Source: Bacteroidota bacterium (GTDB lineage: Bacteria; Bacteroidota; Bacteroidia; AKYH767-A; OLB10). From it: DNA of 58,422 bases. Each line of letters opens with the position of its first letter. The stretch's first letter is position 1. The stretch covers positions 1-58,422 of the forward strand of contig JANOPQ010000038.1 of the NCBI GenBank assembly GCA_031421935.1, given 5' to 3'. Shown here in pieces: positions 1 to 10,003 of this stretch. Position numbers and translations under genes: made by a program. The notes under the pieces are model-generated. The model had not been told where the DNA came from. It searched no databases and saw only the letters and a program-made list of their open reading frames with translations.

Positions 1-234
1 ATCATCTTTGGTTGGACCTAATCCACCCGTATTCAATACCACGGATGCCCGTTGAGAAGCTTCCTTGAGTGCAATCAAAATATGATCGCGAGAATCGGAA
101 ACTGAAGTGATTTGATGCACTTGAATGCCAATATCACTCAACTGCTTTCCCATCCATGCCGAATTGGTATCAACAATTTGCCCGATGAGAATTTCATCAC
201 CTATTGTTATAATTTCTGCTCTTACTGTTGACAT
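1..234 (-). CDS. cinA: Competence/damage-inducible protein CinA, N-terminal part (runs off the window)
   Basis: Manual translation [28 protein letters not shown]...[10 protein letters not shown] shows the CinA molybdopterin-binding-like motifs; not in the ORF track. Confidence 0.92.
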   Translation of the reverse strand, partial: MSTVRAEIITIGDEILIGQIVDTNSAWMGKQLSDIGIQVHQITSVSDSRDHILIALKEASQRASVVLNTGGLGPTKDD

Positions 235-259
235 CTTTTATTCACTAAAATATTTACGG

Positions 260-267
260 CAAAAGTA
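260..267 (-). promoter_or_regulatory. Bacteroidota -7 promoter box (TACTTTTG) for cinA
   Basis: Matches TAnnTTTG 25 nt upstream of the cinA ATG. Confidence 0.6.
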
Positions 268-387
268 AACAATGTAGCTATCTTGAAGTGACTATTTATC
301 GATATAAACTTCAGTAGAATAGCAACCAATTCAAACTAAAGCATGAAGAGAACATGACTTCAAATTTCATTATTACTCAATTGGCAG

Positions 388-395
388 TATATTTG
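388..395 (+). promoter_or_regulatory. Bacteroidota -7 promoter box (TATATTTG) for the DUF4197 gene
   Basis: Matches TAnnTTTG; supports ATG 424 as the start. Confidence 0.6.
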
Positions 396-423
396 AATCG
401 TGGCGACAAAAAAATTTATACTC

Positions 424-1137
424 ATGAAAAAAATACTCCTGCTCATTTTTCTAATCTCGAGCGCATCCTGCAAAAGTCAAATCAACATCAACAACGTTCT
501 TAATACAGTAAATAATTCCTTAGGAAATGGTTTATCCAATGCTGATATCACAGCCGGACTCAAAGAAGCCTTAAACGTGGGAACCAAAAATGCAAGTTCA
601 CAAGTTTCAAAGGTAGATGGGTTTTATAAAAATAATTTAATCCGCATTCCTTTTCCAAAAGATGCTCGCGACATGAAAACCACGCTCGAAAGAATGGGCA
701 TGAAAAAGCAAGTCGCTGCATTTGAAAAACAACTCAACAGAGCCGCTGAAGATGCAGCAAAAAAAGCCGCTCCCATTTTTATGGCAGCCATCACTTCCAT
801 GACCATCAACGATGGACTCACTATTTTAAAAGGAAAAGACGACGAAGCCACACAATATTTACGCAGAGCAACCACAGCTCAACTTGTAAAAGAATTCAGA
901 CCTATCATTGCCGCGTCGATGAAAAAGGTAAATGTGACGAAGTATTGGAATCCGCTTTTTAGCACCTACAACAAAGTTCCACTCGTTAAAAAAGCAAATC
1001 CCAATTTAGATGATTTTGTAACTGAAAAAGCAATTGAGGGATTGTTTCTCATGGTTGCTGGAGAAGAATTAAAAATTAGAAAAGATCCGGAAGCGAGAAT
1101 TTCTGAGATTTTGAAGAAAGTGTTTGGAGGAGGATGA
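424..1137 (+). CDS. DUF4197 family exported protein
   Basis: Signal peptide MKKILLLIFL; motifs GLKEAL, LNRAAEDAA, EELKIRKDP, LKKVFG. Confidence 0.88.
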   Translation: MKKILLLIFLISSASCKSQININNVLNTVNNSLGNGLSNADITAGLKEALNVGTKNASSQVSKVDGFYKNNLIRIPFPKDARDMKTTLERMGMKKQVAAFEKQLNRAAEDAAKKAAPIFMAAITSMTINDGLTILKGKDDEATQYLRRATTAQLVKEFRPIIAASMKKVNVTKYWNPLFSTYNKVPLVKKANPNLDDFVTEKAIEGLFLMVAGEELKIRKDPEARISEILKKVFGGG

Positions 1138-1143
1138 GGTTGG

Positions 1144-1178
1144 TTGTTAGTTGTTAGTTGTTAGTTGTTAGATTTTAG
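1144..1178 (+). repeat. Tandem heptamer repeat (TTGTTAG)x4 plus one degenerate unit
   Basis: Directly visible just after the DUF4197 stop codon. Confidence 0.9.
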
Positions 1179-1256
1179 ATATTGGTCGCTAAGCTTCGCG
1201 ATTAGAATGTATTACTTTAGTTTAAAATTTCCAACCTAAATTAAATCTAATTTAAA

Positions 1257-1275
1257 CCTGCCTGCAGCAGGCAGG
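1257..1275. repeat. Palindrome CCTGCCTGC-A-GCAGGCAGG (REP-like)
   Basis: Perfect 9-bp arms; GC-rich in an AT-rich context. Confidence 0.88.
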
Positions 1276-1354
1276 CGCAGCGTTCGCAACGTTTAGCTAC
1301 GGTAGCAGCGGTCTAATTTTACTAATTTAGAAATTATAAAAATCCGCGACTAAG

Positions 1355-1476
1355 CAAATCCGTGAAAATCCGATTTATCCGCTTCATCCGCGCCTGCCTG
1401 CCGGCAGGCAGGTTCCCTTTTACTCTTCGCCAATCCACAAAAACACATCGGCTTTTGTTAAGGGTTGTAGATGACC
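1355..1476. repeat. Direct repeat copy 1: displaced 3' end of ostA plus its downstream AATCCG-rich flank
   Basis: Aligns with 3430-3531 apart from a 20-bp insertion and 6 substitutions; the minus strand encodes GHLQPLTKADVFLWIGEE*. Confidence 0.93.
1393..1412. repeat. Perfect 20-bp palindrome CCTGCCTGCCGGCAGGCAGG within direct repeat copy 1
   Basis: Self-reverse-complementary; absent from the homologous site at 3467/3468. Confidence 0.93.
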
Positions 1477-1668
1477 CGTAATATTTGTCAAAAAGCTAAA
1501 ACAAATAGGATTTTTGTTTCAAAATCTTGTATAATTATGATTTAATGGCAATTAACTAACAATATTCTCGTTGCCCTATAGCCTGTACTATCAACACCAT
1601 AATAATTTCATTATATTAGCATTCCTATTTAACATCTTCTAATTATTTTGCCATTAAATTTTATACCC

Positions 1669-2355
1669 ATGACTAAAATCATTAGACGCATTTCGATTCT
1701 AATTCTTCTTAGTACATTCTTTTTTACAAATGGATATTCGCAACCAATGTGTAATATTGACTCCATTTATATTTCACCATCAAATCCTGATGATCAAACT
1801 CCGATAAAATTATTTCTTCACGTTGATCTTTGGGCTTCGTATTGTAATCCAAACATGATTCCGACTGGACAAATAGTTCAAACTGGTAATGACTTTAAAA
1901 TAAATAGAAGATTCTGCTCGAATGGTTGGACTAGTTCATGTGTTAATATTGATACTTTTTCTCTTGGAATTTTACCAATTGGCAACTACACAATTACTAA
2001 TTTAATTTACACGGAATTTTGTTTTCTTAGCAACCCTGGCCCATGGGGATCATGCAGCTATCCAACTGTTCAATTCACAGTAAGTACTTTTACTGGGATT
2101 AAGGAAACTAACATACCTCGTTTCAAAATTTGCCCAAATCCATCTAATGGGAAAATTCGAATCAGCGAACTCGATTATCTGAAAGATGGCATCATTTCTT
2201 TGATTGATATGGAAGGGAGAATAATTTTTCAAAAACCATGGAATCCGCTCGAAAACGTATTTGATTTTGGAGATTTAAAACAAGGGATTTATTTCTTAAA
2301 TATCAATTCAATAGATGGAATTAATTCAACCGAAAAATTAATTATAATGAATTAG
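1669..2355 (+). CDS. Cys-rich secreted protein with T9SS type A C-terminal sorting domain
   Basis: Signal peptide; CTD with PNPSNG...GRII...LKQGIYFLNI...EKLII; ATG 1669 preferred over TTG 1648. Confidence 0.88.
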   Translation: MTKIIRRISILILLSTFFFTNGYSQPMCNIDSIYISPSNPDDQTPIKLFLHVDLWASYCNPNMIPTGQIVQTGNDFKINRRFCSNGWTSSCVNIDTFSLGILPIGNYTITNLIYTEFCFLSNPGPWGSCSYPTVQFTVSTFTGIKETNIPRFKICPNPSNGKIRISELDYLKDGIISLIDMEGRIIFQKPWNPLENVFDFGDLKQGIYFLNINSIDGINSTEKLIIMN

Positions 2356-2644
2356 CTCACTAATAAATTTTGGATTTATTATTTTAATTCATCTTATATT
2401 AATCCTAAATAAAAGATATAAAATTGACTATTAAAAAATAATCATGGATGTAAATTGACATTAGACAATCTAAACTAATTAGAACTTTAAAATTAAAATC
2501 TTGTATAACTATGGCTTGTAAACAATTAACAACCCATTTTATCACTGCTAAAAACCTATTAATCTAAATGCCTTCATTCATTTAGATACATTGGCAATCC
2601 TACTTCAACTCTTTATTATTAATTTAACAGATAATTTCACTCTC

Positions 2645-3340
2645 ATGAATAAAATTTTTCGACCTATTTTATATATAATTATCCTAATCACCATTTATAA
2701 TACAGCTGCATTTTCTCAATCTTGCAATGTAGATACAATTTATATTTCACCATCTAACCCTAATAATCAAACTCCAAGTTATATTATTGCAAAAATAAAT
2801 CTACATGGTTATTACTGCAATTTATATTCAACACAAGGAGTTAATTTTAGCGCAACGCTGATCAATAACAATTTCACTTTCGACAGAATTTTTTGTGGAC
2901 CAACCAATGGAATACCTGGGCAATGTTTGAATACTGACACTGTTTTTCTTGGTATCGTACCAATTGGAAGTTATACTATAACATCTAGAATTATGTGGGA
3001 AAATAGTTGCAATGGATTAAGTGTTTATCAAGGAGGATGTAGTTACCCAGTAATTCAATTTAATGTTGGTGCGTTTACAGGTATTAACGAACATCACAAA
3101 TCACTATTTAAAATCTCTCCAAACCCATCAAGTGGTATAATTCAAATCAATGAACTTGATCAACTATTAGACGGCATCATTTCTTTGATTGATATGGAAG
3201 GGAGAATAATTTTTCAAAAACCATGGAATCCTCTCGAAAAAGTATTTGATTTTGGAGATTTAAAACAAGGGATTTACTTTTTAAATATCAACTCAAAAGA
3301 AGGAGTTAGTGCCACTGAAAAGCTAATTCTAATTAAATAA
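2645..3340 (+). CDS. Cys-rich secreted protein with T9SS type A sorting domain, paralog of 1669..2355
   Basis: Signal peptide; shared IYISPSNP and CSYP motifs; near-identical CTD; ATG 2645 preferred. Confidence 0.88.
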   Translation: MNKIFRPILYIIILITIYNTAAFSQSCNVDTIYISPSNPNNQTPSYIIAKINLHGYYCNLYSTQGVNFSATLINNNFTFDRIFCGPTNGIPGQCLNTDTVFLGIVPIGSYTITSRIMWENSCNGLSVYQGGCSYPVIQFNVGAFTGINEHHKSLFKISPNPSSGIIQINELDQLLDGIISLIDMEGRIIFQKPWNPLEKVFDFGDLKQGIYFLNINSKEGVSATEKLILIK

Positions 3341-3429
3341 TCTCTCAAAAATAAATTGAATTTCTAATTTTTATAAGTGGTGTTTATTAGAATCACGATT
3401 AGAGGTAGAAAAAACAATTTAACTTTAAT

Positions 3430-3531
3430 CAAATCCGCGAAAATCCGATTTATCCTCTTCATCCGCGTTCCCTTTTACTCTTCGCCAATCCACAAAAACA
3501 CATCGGCTTTTGTTAGTGGCTGTAGATGGCC
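3430..3531. repeat. Direct repeat copy 2 (functional ostA 3' end and downstream flank)
   Basis: Homologous to 1355-1476 and lacks the 20-bp palindrome. Confidence 0.93.
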
Positions 3532-5052
3532 TTTCCATTTAAAATCTTTTAATCGCATTTGAGTAGGATCGGTTTCTTTGACTGGAAAAAGGGTAGCGTC
3601 GGCTTTGTTGATGAGTGAAATTTTACTGACTTTATTTTCCTTAATGCGAATAAGCATATTGCTACAATCGGCTTGATTAACACCTGTAATTTGTTTCTTC
3701 TTGTTACGGATGTGATAAATGGATTGTCCATTCCCAGTCACGTCTATCGTACTTAATTTATTATCTACAAAATAGCCAATCATTTCTCGCCCCTTAATTT
3801 GATTGAAACGCAAAGAATCTTCGAAGCCTGCAATAAACGAATTCGAATACAAATTCATTCTCTTAATTTCACTTCCCGCTAACAACAATGAAATTTTATC
3901 GGCCGTAAGTTGATTGTTGTTGCTCCATAAAATAGGATTCTTATAAAACCAAATCGTTGAATCAACAGAACTGTAAACCAAAGAATCACATTGCCCTTGC
4001 AAATCGGTTTTAAAAATACGAACATGACGGTAGGCGAAGTACGTTTTTTGTTCGGTAGCGGTGTCTTGCTTCGCATAAAGCGTATCGGCATGCATGTAAA
4101 GTGAATCAACATCAAAAACTTTGGTGAGCAATCCATTTCCTGTCACGAATGAGATTCCAGTAATTTCATTGAGCCATGCATAATCACCACTGATAATTAC
4201 TTTTTGGTTGGTATCGACAAGCTGAACATTGTTATAAGCGATACCAATTTTTTCAACACGATCATACAGTATACTATCACCACTCAATCTATTTTCCTTC
4301 GATTCAATATATGCATTTTTACTAAACCTCGATTTCTCCGTTTTGGTATTATACCATCCATTCTCGCAGTAAATATGAGCGCTATCGGTTCCCGTACTGT
4401 ATATATGCGACGGACCAAAGAAATAGGTTGTAGACGATGGCGTATGATATTTTAATGTATCACTAAACATCTTATATTTAGGATTGGTAAGCACCACACT
4501 ATCTTTAAAAAAAACCATTCTATCTTTCGAATAATAATATCCTTTTTTACTGGTGAGCACATTGTCTTTATCAACAACCTTCCCTCCTACTTGATAGTTT
4601 CCAACATCGTTCTCCGTATCGTACTGCATAGCGGTAGTGGTTAATTCCATCTTCCCATCCGTCATGCGAACTACTTTACCCGTCACGTCGGCATTTTTAG
4701 TATTGCCATCATAATGAACAAAGTCGCCATACAATTTTGCGCTTGGACCTTCAATACGAATGGTTCCGTACGCATCAATACTATTCGTGCTTTCGTAAAA
4801 CAAAGCACTGTCGCAATACATATAGGTGTTTTCTTGCTTGAAAATAACATCGCCTACTAATCGGCGTACTTCGATGCCATCAATTTTTACACCTTCTAAA
4901 CTACCAGCTTGAACAATTTCAATCTGCTTGCCTTGTTGTGCAAAAGATGAATGAATATTCAATCCAAAAAGCAATAAAAACAAAAACAGTTTACCGCCAT
5001 TAATTTGAAGCAGTAAATTATTTTTTTTAAACATGACAGTAGAATTATTCAA
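3475..5052 (-). CDS. OstA-like (LptA/LptD N-terminal beta-jellyroll) protein
   Basis: Signal peptide; repeated CDSA, ADTL and CDSLVY motifs; position after purA as commonly seen in Bacteroidota. Confidence 0.85.
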   Translation of the reverse strand: MNNSTVMFKKNNLLLQINGGKLFLFLLLFGLNIHSSFAQQGKQIEIVQAGSLEGVKIDGIEVRRLVGDVIFKQENTYMYCDSALFYESTNSIDAYGTIRIEGPSAKLYGDFVHYDGNTKNADVTGKVVRMTDGKMELTTTAMQYDTENDVGNYQVGGKVVDKDNVLTSKKGYYYSKDRMVFFKDSVVLTNPKYKMFSDTLKYHTPSSTTYFFGPSHIYSTGTDSAHIYCENGWYNTKTEKSRFSKNAYIESKENRLSGDSILYDRVEKIGIAYNNVQLVDTNQKVIISGDYAWLNEITGISFVTGNGLLTKVFDVDSLYMHADTLYAKQDTATEQKTYFAYRHVRIFKTDLQGQCDSLVYSSVDSTIWFYKNPILWSNNNQLTADKISLLLAGSEIKRMNLYSNSFIAGFEDSLRFNQIKGREMIGYFVDNKLSTIDVTGNGQSIYHIRNKKKQITGVNQADCSNMLIRIKENKVSKISLINKADATLFPVKETDPTQMRLKDFKWKGHLQPLTKADVFLWIGEE

Positions 5053-5157
5053 TATGGCAAGAAGAAATTATTTATACGATTTGAAATTTATCTCTACGGA
5101 TGCACTCTAATTTTGAATACATCCATCTAAAAAAAACAAATCAAATTTAGTTACAAA

Positions 5158-6438
5158 TTAAAATGCAACTTCTTTACGCATCAACGTTTGTTTACGATCT
5201 GGACCCACCGAAATAATTGTGATCGGAAGTCCGGTAGCTTGCTCGATATAATCCACGTAGTGCATCAAAGAAGCAGGGAGTTGATCGAAATCACTTACCT
5301 TCATCAAGTCTTCCTGCCATCCTGGAAGTTCATCGTAGATAGGCTCAATTTTTTCATTGACTACATCATAAGGAACGTGTTCAATCTTTTTTCCTTTGTA
5401 TTTGTAGTGCGTACAAACTTTAATGGTATCAAATCCACTTAGCACATCCGATTTCATCATGATCAACTGTGTAACGCCGTTCAACATAATGGCATATTTC
5501 AATGCTGGCAAATCCAACCATCCACAACGACGCGGACGACCTGTAGTAGAACCAAATTCATTTCCATTTTTACGCAACGTTTCGCCAGTGGAATCCTCCA
5601 ACTCGGTTGGAAAAGGTCCGCTGCCTACACGTGTACAATATGCTTTGAAGATTCCGTACACCTCACCTATTTTACCAGGAGCTAATCCAAGACCAATACA
5701 AGTTCCAGCAGTTACCGTGTGCGAAGAAGTAACAAAAGGATACGAACCAAAATCAATGTCAAGCAATGATCCTTGAGCACCTTCTGCTAAGATGGCTTTG
5801 TTATTTGCCAAATAATTATTGAGCACATACTCACTATCAATCAACATTAATTGTTTGATCGCTTCAACTCCTTCAAAAAATGCAGGCTCTAATTCACTTA
5901 AATTATATTTATAATTATAATGGCCTAACAATTCCTTGTGTTTAGCTACTAAAGTATCATACAAAGATTTAAAATCGGCGTGTTCCAAATCACCAATACG
6001 TAATCCGTTTCTACCGGTTTTATCCATGTAAGTTGGACCAATTCCTTTTAAGGTAGATCCAATTTTTGAAGTACCTTTCGATGCTTCAGAGGCTGCGTCG
6101 AGCAAACGATGCGTTGGTAAAATAAGATGCGCTTTTCGAGAGATATATAAATTTTTCTTTACATCTACACCTAACTTTAACAATGCATCAATTTCCTTTT
6201 TAAAAACCACAGGATCAATTACCACCCCATTGCCAATCACATTTGCTTTTGTAGGATGAAATATTCCAGATGGAATGGTATGCAACACATGTTTTATTCC
6301 TTCAAATTCCAACGTATGACCCGCATTAGGTCCACCCTGAAATCTAGCAATCACATCATAACGTGGAGTGAGCACATCCACCACTTTTCCTTTACCCTCA
6401 TCGCCCCACTGAAGGCCTAACAATACATCCGCTTTCAT
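5158..6438 (-). CDS. purA: Adenylosuccinate synthetase
   Basis: QWGDEGKGK, GGPNAGHT, EGAQG and TTGRPRRCGW motifs; start placed at MKADVLLG. Confidence 0.98.
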   Translation of the reverse strand: MKADVLLGLQWGDEGKGKVVDVLTPRYDVIARFQGGPNAGHTLEFEGIKHVLHTIPSGIFHPTKANVIGNGVVIDPVVFKKEIDALLKLGVDVKKNLYISRKAHLILPTHRLLDAASEASKGTSKIGSTLKGIGPTYMDKTGRNGLRIGDLEHADFKSLYDTLVAKHKELLGHYNYKYNLSELEPAFFEGVEAIKQLMLIDSEYVLNNYLANNKAILAEGAQGSLLDIDFGSYPFVTSSHTVTAGTCIGLGLAPGKIGEVYGIFKAYCTRVGSGPFPTELEDSTGETLRKNGNEFGSTTGRPRRCGWLDLPALKYAIMLNGVTQLIMMKSDVLSGFDTIKVCTHYKYKGKKIEHVPYDVVNEKIEPIYDELPGWQEDLMKVSDFDQLPASLMHYVDYIEQATGLPITIISVGPDRKQTLMRKEVAF

Positions 6439-6495
6439 AGTACTAACAATAAAAGGTGTTACTTCCACATGAAGCACACCAACGTTTAATAAATA

Positions 6496-6843
6496 TTAAT
6501 TATTCAATGCTTTCACAGCCAACTCTTCATTGTCGACAACAGAAAACACATTTATCAACTTGGTAATTACCAAGAGCGTTTTAATTTTTTCAGGAACGGT
6601 ACAGATCACTGCTTCGCCACCTGATTTTCGTGCTTTAGCTAAAATACCTAACAAGACGTTCAAGCCTGTACTGTTCATGTATTTAAAATCGGAAAGATTA
6701 ATGATGAAATTCGATCCATCTTTTTCAGAGATCTGATTGATATCGTCCATTAATTCATTCGCTTGATTCTTTTCAATCAGGTTTCCCTTCAGGCTGATGA
6801 GCGAGTAGGATACTTTGTCTGTGATTTTATATTCGAAGTCCAT
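6496..6843 (-). CDS. STAS-domain anti-sigma factor antagonist
   Basis: YMNSTGL phosphoacceptor motif; 115 aa. Confidence 0.9.
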   Translation of the reverse strand: MDFEYKITDKVSYSLISLKGNLIEKNQANELMDDINQISEKDGSNFIINLSDFKYMNSTGLNVLLGILAKARKSGGEAVICTVPEKIKTLLVITKLINVFSVVDNEELAVKALNN

Positions 6844-6861
6844 ATTTTGTTTTGTTAAAAA

Positions 6862-7380
6862 TCAGGTCAAAGTTATCTGTTTTTTCTTTGTTTGATGGTC
6901 ACAATTCTTATTCTCCAAAAGCTTTCTACACTTTCCAAACAGATTTAAACTATGGTGAGTCACTTGAAAATCAAGTATATCCCCCATCATGGTCTGAATT
7001 TGTTGAATACGTGGGTCACAAAACTCCAAAACTTTATCGCAATCGAGGCAGATAAGATGGTCGTGTTGCTTGTAAGTATACGACTTTTCGAATAAAGCAA
7101 GGTTCTTTCCAAACTGATGCTTTGTCACCAGATCACAAACTAAAAGATGATCGATGGTATTGTATAAAGTAGCGCGACTCACCACAAATTTTTTGGTTTT
7201 CATCTGCAAGAAAAGAGAATCAATGTCGAAGTGCTCATCCATGGAATAGATTTCACGCAAGATGGTGAAGCGTTCAGGAGTTTTTCTCAACCCTTCGCGC
7301 TCGAGGTAATCGGTAAATACTTTTTGCACCTTTTCAAAAATTTCATCTTGAATGGATGCGGCTTTCGTCGACTTACTCAT
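6862..7380 (-). CDS. fur: Fur family transcriptional regulator
   Basis: [16 protein letters not shown] and HDHLICLDC motifs. Confidence 0.92.
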   Translation of the reverse strand: MSKSTKAASIQDEIFEKVQKVFTDYLEREGLRKTPERFTILREIYSMDEHFDIDSLFLQMKTKKFVVSRATLYNTIDHLLVCDLVTKHQFGKNLALFEKSYTYKQHDHLICLDCDKVLEFCDPRIQQIQTMMGDILDFQVTHHSLNLFGKCRKLLENKNCDHQTKKKQITLT

Positions 7381-9626
7381 TTCGTGGTATCAATTCGGGT
7401 TACGGCTAAAATTCCAGGAACCTTTGCCAATTTTTTCATTAACGTTTTTAGATGTTCTGTATCGTGAACAAAGAGCATGATGATCCCTTCAAATAATCCG
7501 TCGGTGCTTTCAATATTAATGGATCGCATGTTGATGTTTAACTCGGAAGAGATTACTTTCGAAATATTGCTTACAACACCTCTATCGTCCATTCCTGTGA
7601 TCTTAATTCCCACCAGGAATGCAATTTGTTGTTGACCGAACCAGCGCGCTTTCACAATGCGATACGCGTAATTCGACATGAGTTGAATTGCATTTGGACA
7701 ATTCGTACGATGAATCTTTATTCCTTCATTAATGGTAATAAATCCAAACACTTCATCACCGGGAATTGGATTACAACAAGGCGATAATTTATAATCAATT
7801 TTATCGATACCTTCTCCGATCACAAGCATATCGCTATTGCCACGAATGCCTTTTACTAAATCATCGAACTTTTGCTTATCCGTTTGCGCAGGTACTTTCG
7901 TAGTAGCAGGTTCTTTCTTATCAAAGAAATCGCGTAGATTTTTAAGGTCGATCGCTCCAAGACCAATGCGGTGATAGAAATCGGTAAGGTTAGAAACTTT
8001 ATAAAATATTAAAAGCTCATTTACATTATAATGTTTGTTATGCATTTTCAAGCTCTTCAACTTTCGCTCGAAAACTTCTTTTCCATCTTCCGCTAATTTT
8101 CTTCTCTCCTCTTTTAAAGCTGCTTTGATCTTAGACTTCGCCTTTGCTGTAACTACGTTCGCCAACCAATCATCTTTAGGATGTTGCTTAGAAGAAGTTA
8201 AAATTTCAATTTGGTCACCACTGTTTAATTTATAACTCAGCGGAACGAGTCGGTGATTTATTTTAGCTCCGATGCATTTTTCACCAATGTCGGAATGAAT
8301 TTCAAATGCAAAATCGAGCGCGGTACTTCCCACTGGCAATGTTTTTATTTCACCTTTTGGAGTGAATACAAAAATTTCATCTGCAAATAAATTCAACTTA
8401 AAATCATCAATAAAATCCAGTGCATTCGATTCAGGACTTTCTAGCAATTCACGAATGCGAGAGATCCATTCATCTAATGCGCTCTCTGTTGTTTTCTCTT
8501 TATACTTCCAATGCGCTGCATATCCTTTCTCAGCAATTTCATCCATGCGGCGAGTACGAATTTGCACTTCCACCCACTTTCCTTCCTTGCTCATCACCGT
8601 AGTATGCAAACTTTCATATCCATTTGCTTTCGGTGTACTGATCCAATCACGAAGACGATCGGGATTAGGCGTAAAATGATCGGTTACGATGGAATAAGCT
8701 TTCCAGCTATCGGCTTTTTCTGTATCGAGTGGTGAATCGATGATGATGCGAATAGCAAACAAATCATACACTTCTTCAAAACTCACTTCTTGCTTTTTCA
8801 TCTTTGTCCAAATCGAATTGATGGACTTCGGTCGACCTTTTATCTCGTATTTGTAACCTTCCTTATCAAGTTCTGCCTTGATGGGTTTTGTAAAATCAAG
8901 AATAAATTTTTCTCTTTCCTTTTTACTTTCTTGCAACTTGAGTGCAATCGATTTAAAAACTTCGGGCTCGGTATATTTCAATGCAAGGTCATCCAATTCC
9001 GTTTTGATGGAATAAAGTCCAAGACGATGCGCTAATGGTGCGTATAGATAAGCTGTTTCAGAAGCAATCTTCAACTGTTTATCCTTTGGCATCGAACCCA
9101 ATGTTCGCATGTTATGCAAACGATCTGCTATCTTAATTAAAATTACGCGCACATCGTCACTCAACGTGAGTAACATCTTCCTAAAATTCTCCGCTTGCAA
9201 GGAAGATGTGTGATCGAAGACTCCAGAAATTTTCGTCAATCCATCAACGATACCAGCCACCTTCTTATCAAAAAGTTTTTCAATATCCTCTAATGTGTAC
9301 TGAGTGTCTTCCACCACATCGTGCAACAAAGCACAGACAATTGAAACACCACCCAATCCAATTTCTTCTGCCATAATCATGGCTACGGCTATGGGATGAA
9401 AAATATAAGGCTCTCCGCTCTTGCGACGCATATCTTTATGCGCTTCGAGTGATAGATCGAAAGCTTTCCGAATCATCTTCCGATCGCCCTTATCCATATT
9501 CGCTTTACAAGCGCGCAAAATCGCCCGATAGCGTTTAAGAATTTCCTTCTTTTCGGCTTCCGGGTCAAGTACTATAGGCTCTTCGCTGGTATCGGCTTTT
9601 AGGAGAGGTTGATTCGGCTCTGACAT
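7377..9626 (-). CDS. relA: Bifunctional (p)ppGpp synthetase/hydrolase (RelA/SpoT)
   Basis: RKSGEPY, intact [22 protein letters not shown]; TGS and ACT domains. Confidence 0.96.
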   Translation of the reverse strand: MSEPNQPLLKADTSEEPIVLDPEAEKKEILKRYRAILRACKANMDKGDRKMIRKAFDLSLEAHKDMRRKSGEPYIFHPIAVAMIMAEEIGLGGVSIVCALLHDVVEDTQYTLEDIEKLFDKKVAGIVDGLTKISGVFDHTSSLQAENFRKMLLTLSDDVRVILIKIADRLHNMRTLGSMPKDKQLKIASETAYLYAPLAHRLGLYSIKTELDDLALKYTEPEVFKSIALKLQESKKEREKFILDFTKPIKAELDKEGYKYEIKGRPKSINSIWTKMKKQEVSFEEVYDLFAIRIIIDSPLDTEKADSWKAYSIVTDHFTPNPDRLRDWISTPKANGYESLHTTVMSKEGKWVEVQIRTRRMDEIAEKGYAAHWKYKEKTTESALDEWISRIRELLESPESNALDFIDDFKLNLFADEIFVFTPKGEIKTLPVGSTALDFAFEIHSDIGEKCIGAKINHRLVPLSYKLNSGDQIEILTSSKQHPKDDWLANVVTAKAKSKIKAALKEERRKLAEDGKEVFERKLKSLKMHNKHYNVNELLIFYKVSNLTDFYHRIGLGAIDLKNLRDFFDKKEPATTKVPAQTDKQKFDDLVKGIRGNSDMLVIGEGIDKIDYKLSPCCNPIPGDEVFGFITINEGIKIHRTNCPNAIQLMSNYAYRIVKARWFGQQQIAFLVGIKITGMDDRGVVSNISKVISSELNINMRSINIESTDGLFEGIIMLFVHDTEHLKTLMKKLAKVPGILAVTRIDTTK

Positions 9627-9712
9627 TCATGCGAAGGTACGAAAGACTACAATTTTATCCCAATTTTGCATAAAATTTGATTGGTGCCCTAAAAATATCA
9701 TTCCACATCGGA

Positions 9713-9754
9713 AATTCAGAATTTAGAATGCAGAATTCAGAATTAAGAATTAAG
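9713..9754 (+). repeat. Tandem heptamer array (AATTCAG/AATTTAG/AATGCAG/AATTAAG) x6
   Basis: Directly visible; inverted partner at 10004-10029. Confidence 0.85.
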
Positions 9755-10003
9755 TCAATGCCTATAGCACAATGGTTAAGATTAAAGATCCTGGATTTAT
9801 TGGGTACACTATAATCCCAATCAATTTCGAATAACGATTTCAGATCCTTTAATCTACAGGCTACTCCAAAATAATTCTAAAGTTTAATAAATATCCAATT
9901 ACAAATCCAATTACCAATCTTCACTTAGATAATTACGTCAGTAAGATAAAAAAGAACATATAAATTATCGAAAGATAAGCACAGACTTCACACCAAACCA
10001 TTA

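Larger units (their letters stand above)
1477..3429. mobile_element. Putative small genomic islet at the ostA 3' end (two T9SS cargo genes, no integrase)
   Basis: Bracketed by direct repeats containing the ostA 3' end; AT-rich; accessory gene content. Confidence 0.55.

Noticed and set aside
1144-1178. CRISPR array (also considered for 9713-9754 and 40658-40809)
   Set aside because: These are heptamer tandems or non-identical hairpins with no regular repeat-spacer periodicity, and there are no cas genes.
2188-3291. Diversity-generating retroelement (TR/VR pair) in the near-identical CTD tracts
   Set aside because: The four mismatches (G/T, C/A, T/C, C/T) are not adenine-specific, and no reverse transcriptase is present in the window.
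1477-3429. Integron cassette array
   Set aside because: No attC-like RYYYAAC...GTTRRRY hairpins were recognised between the genes, and there is no integron integrase.
3377-3562. 61-aa ORF
   Set aside because: It runs through the repeat and antisense to the ostA end; no recognisable protein features.
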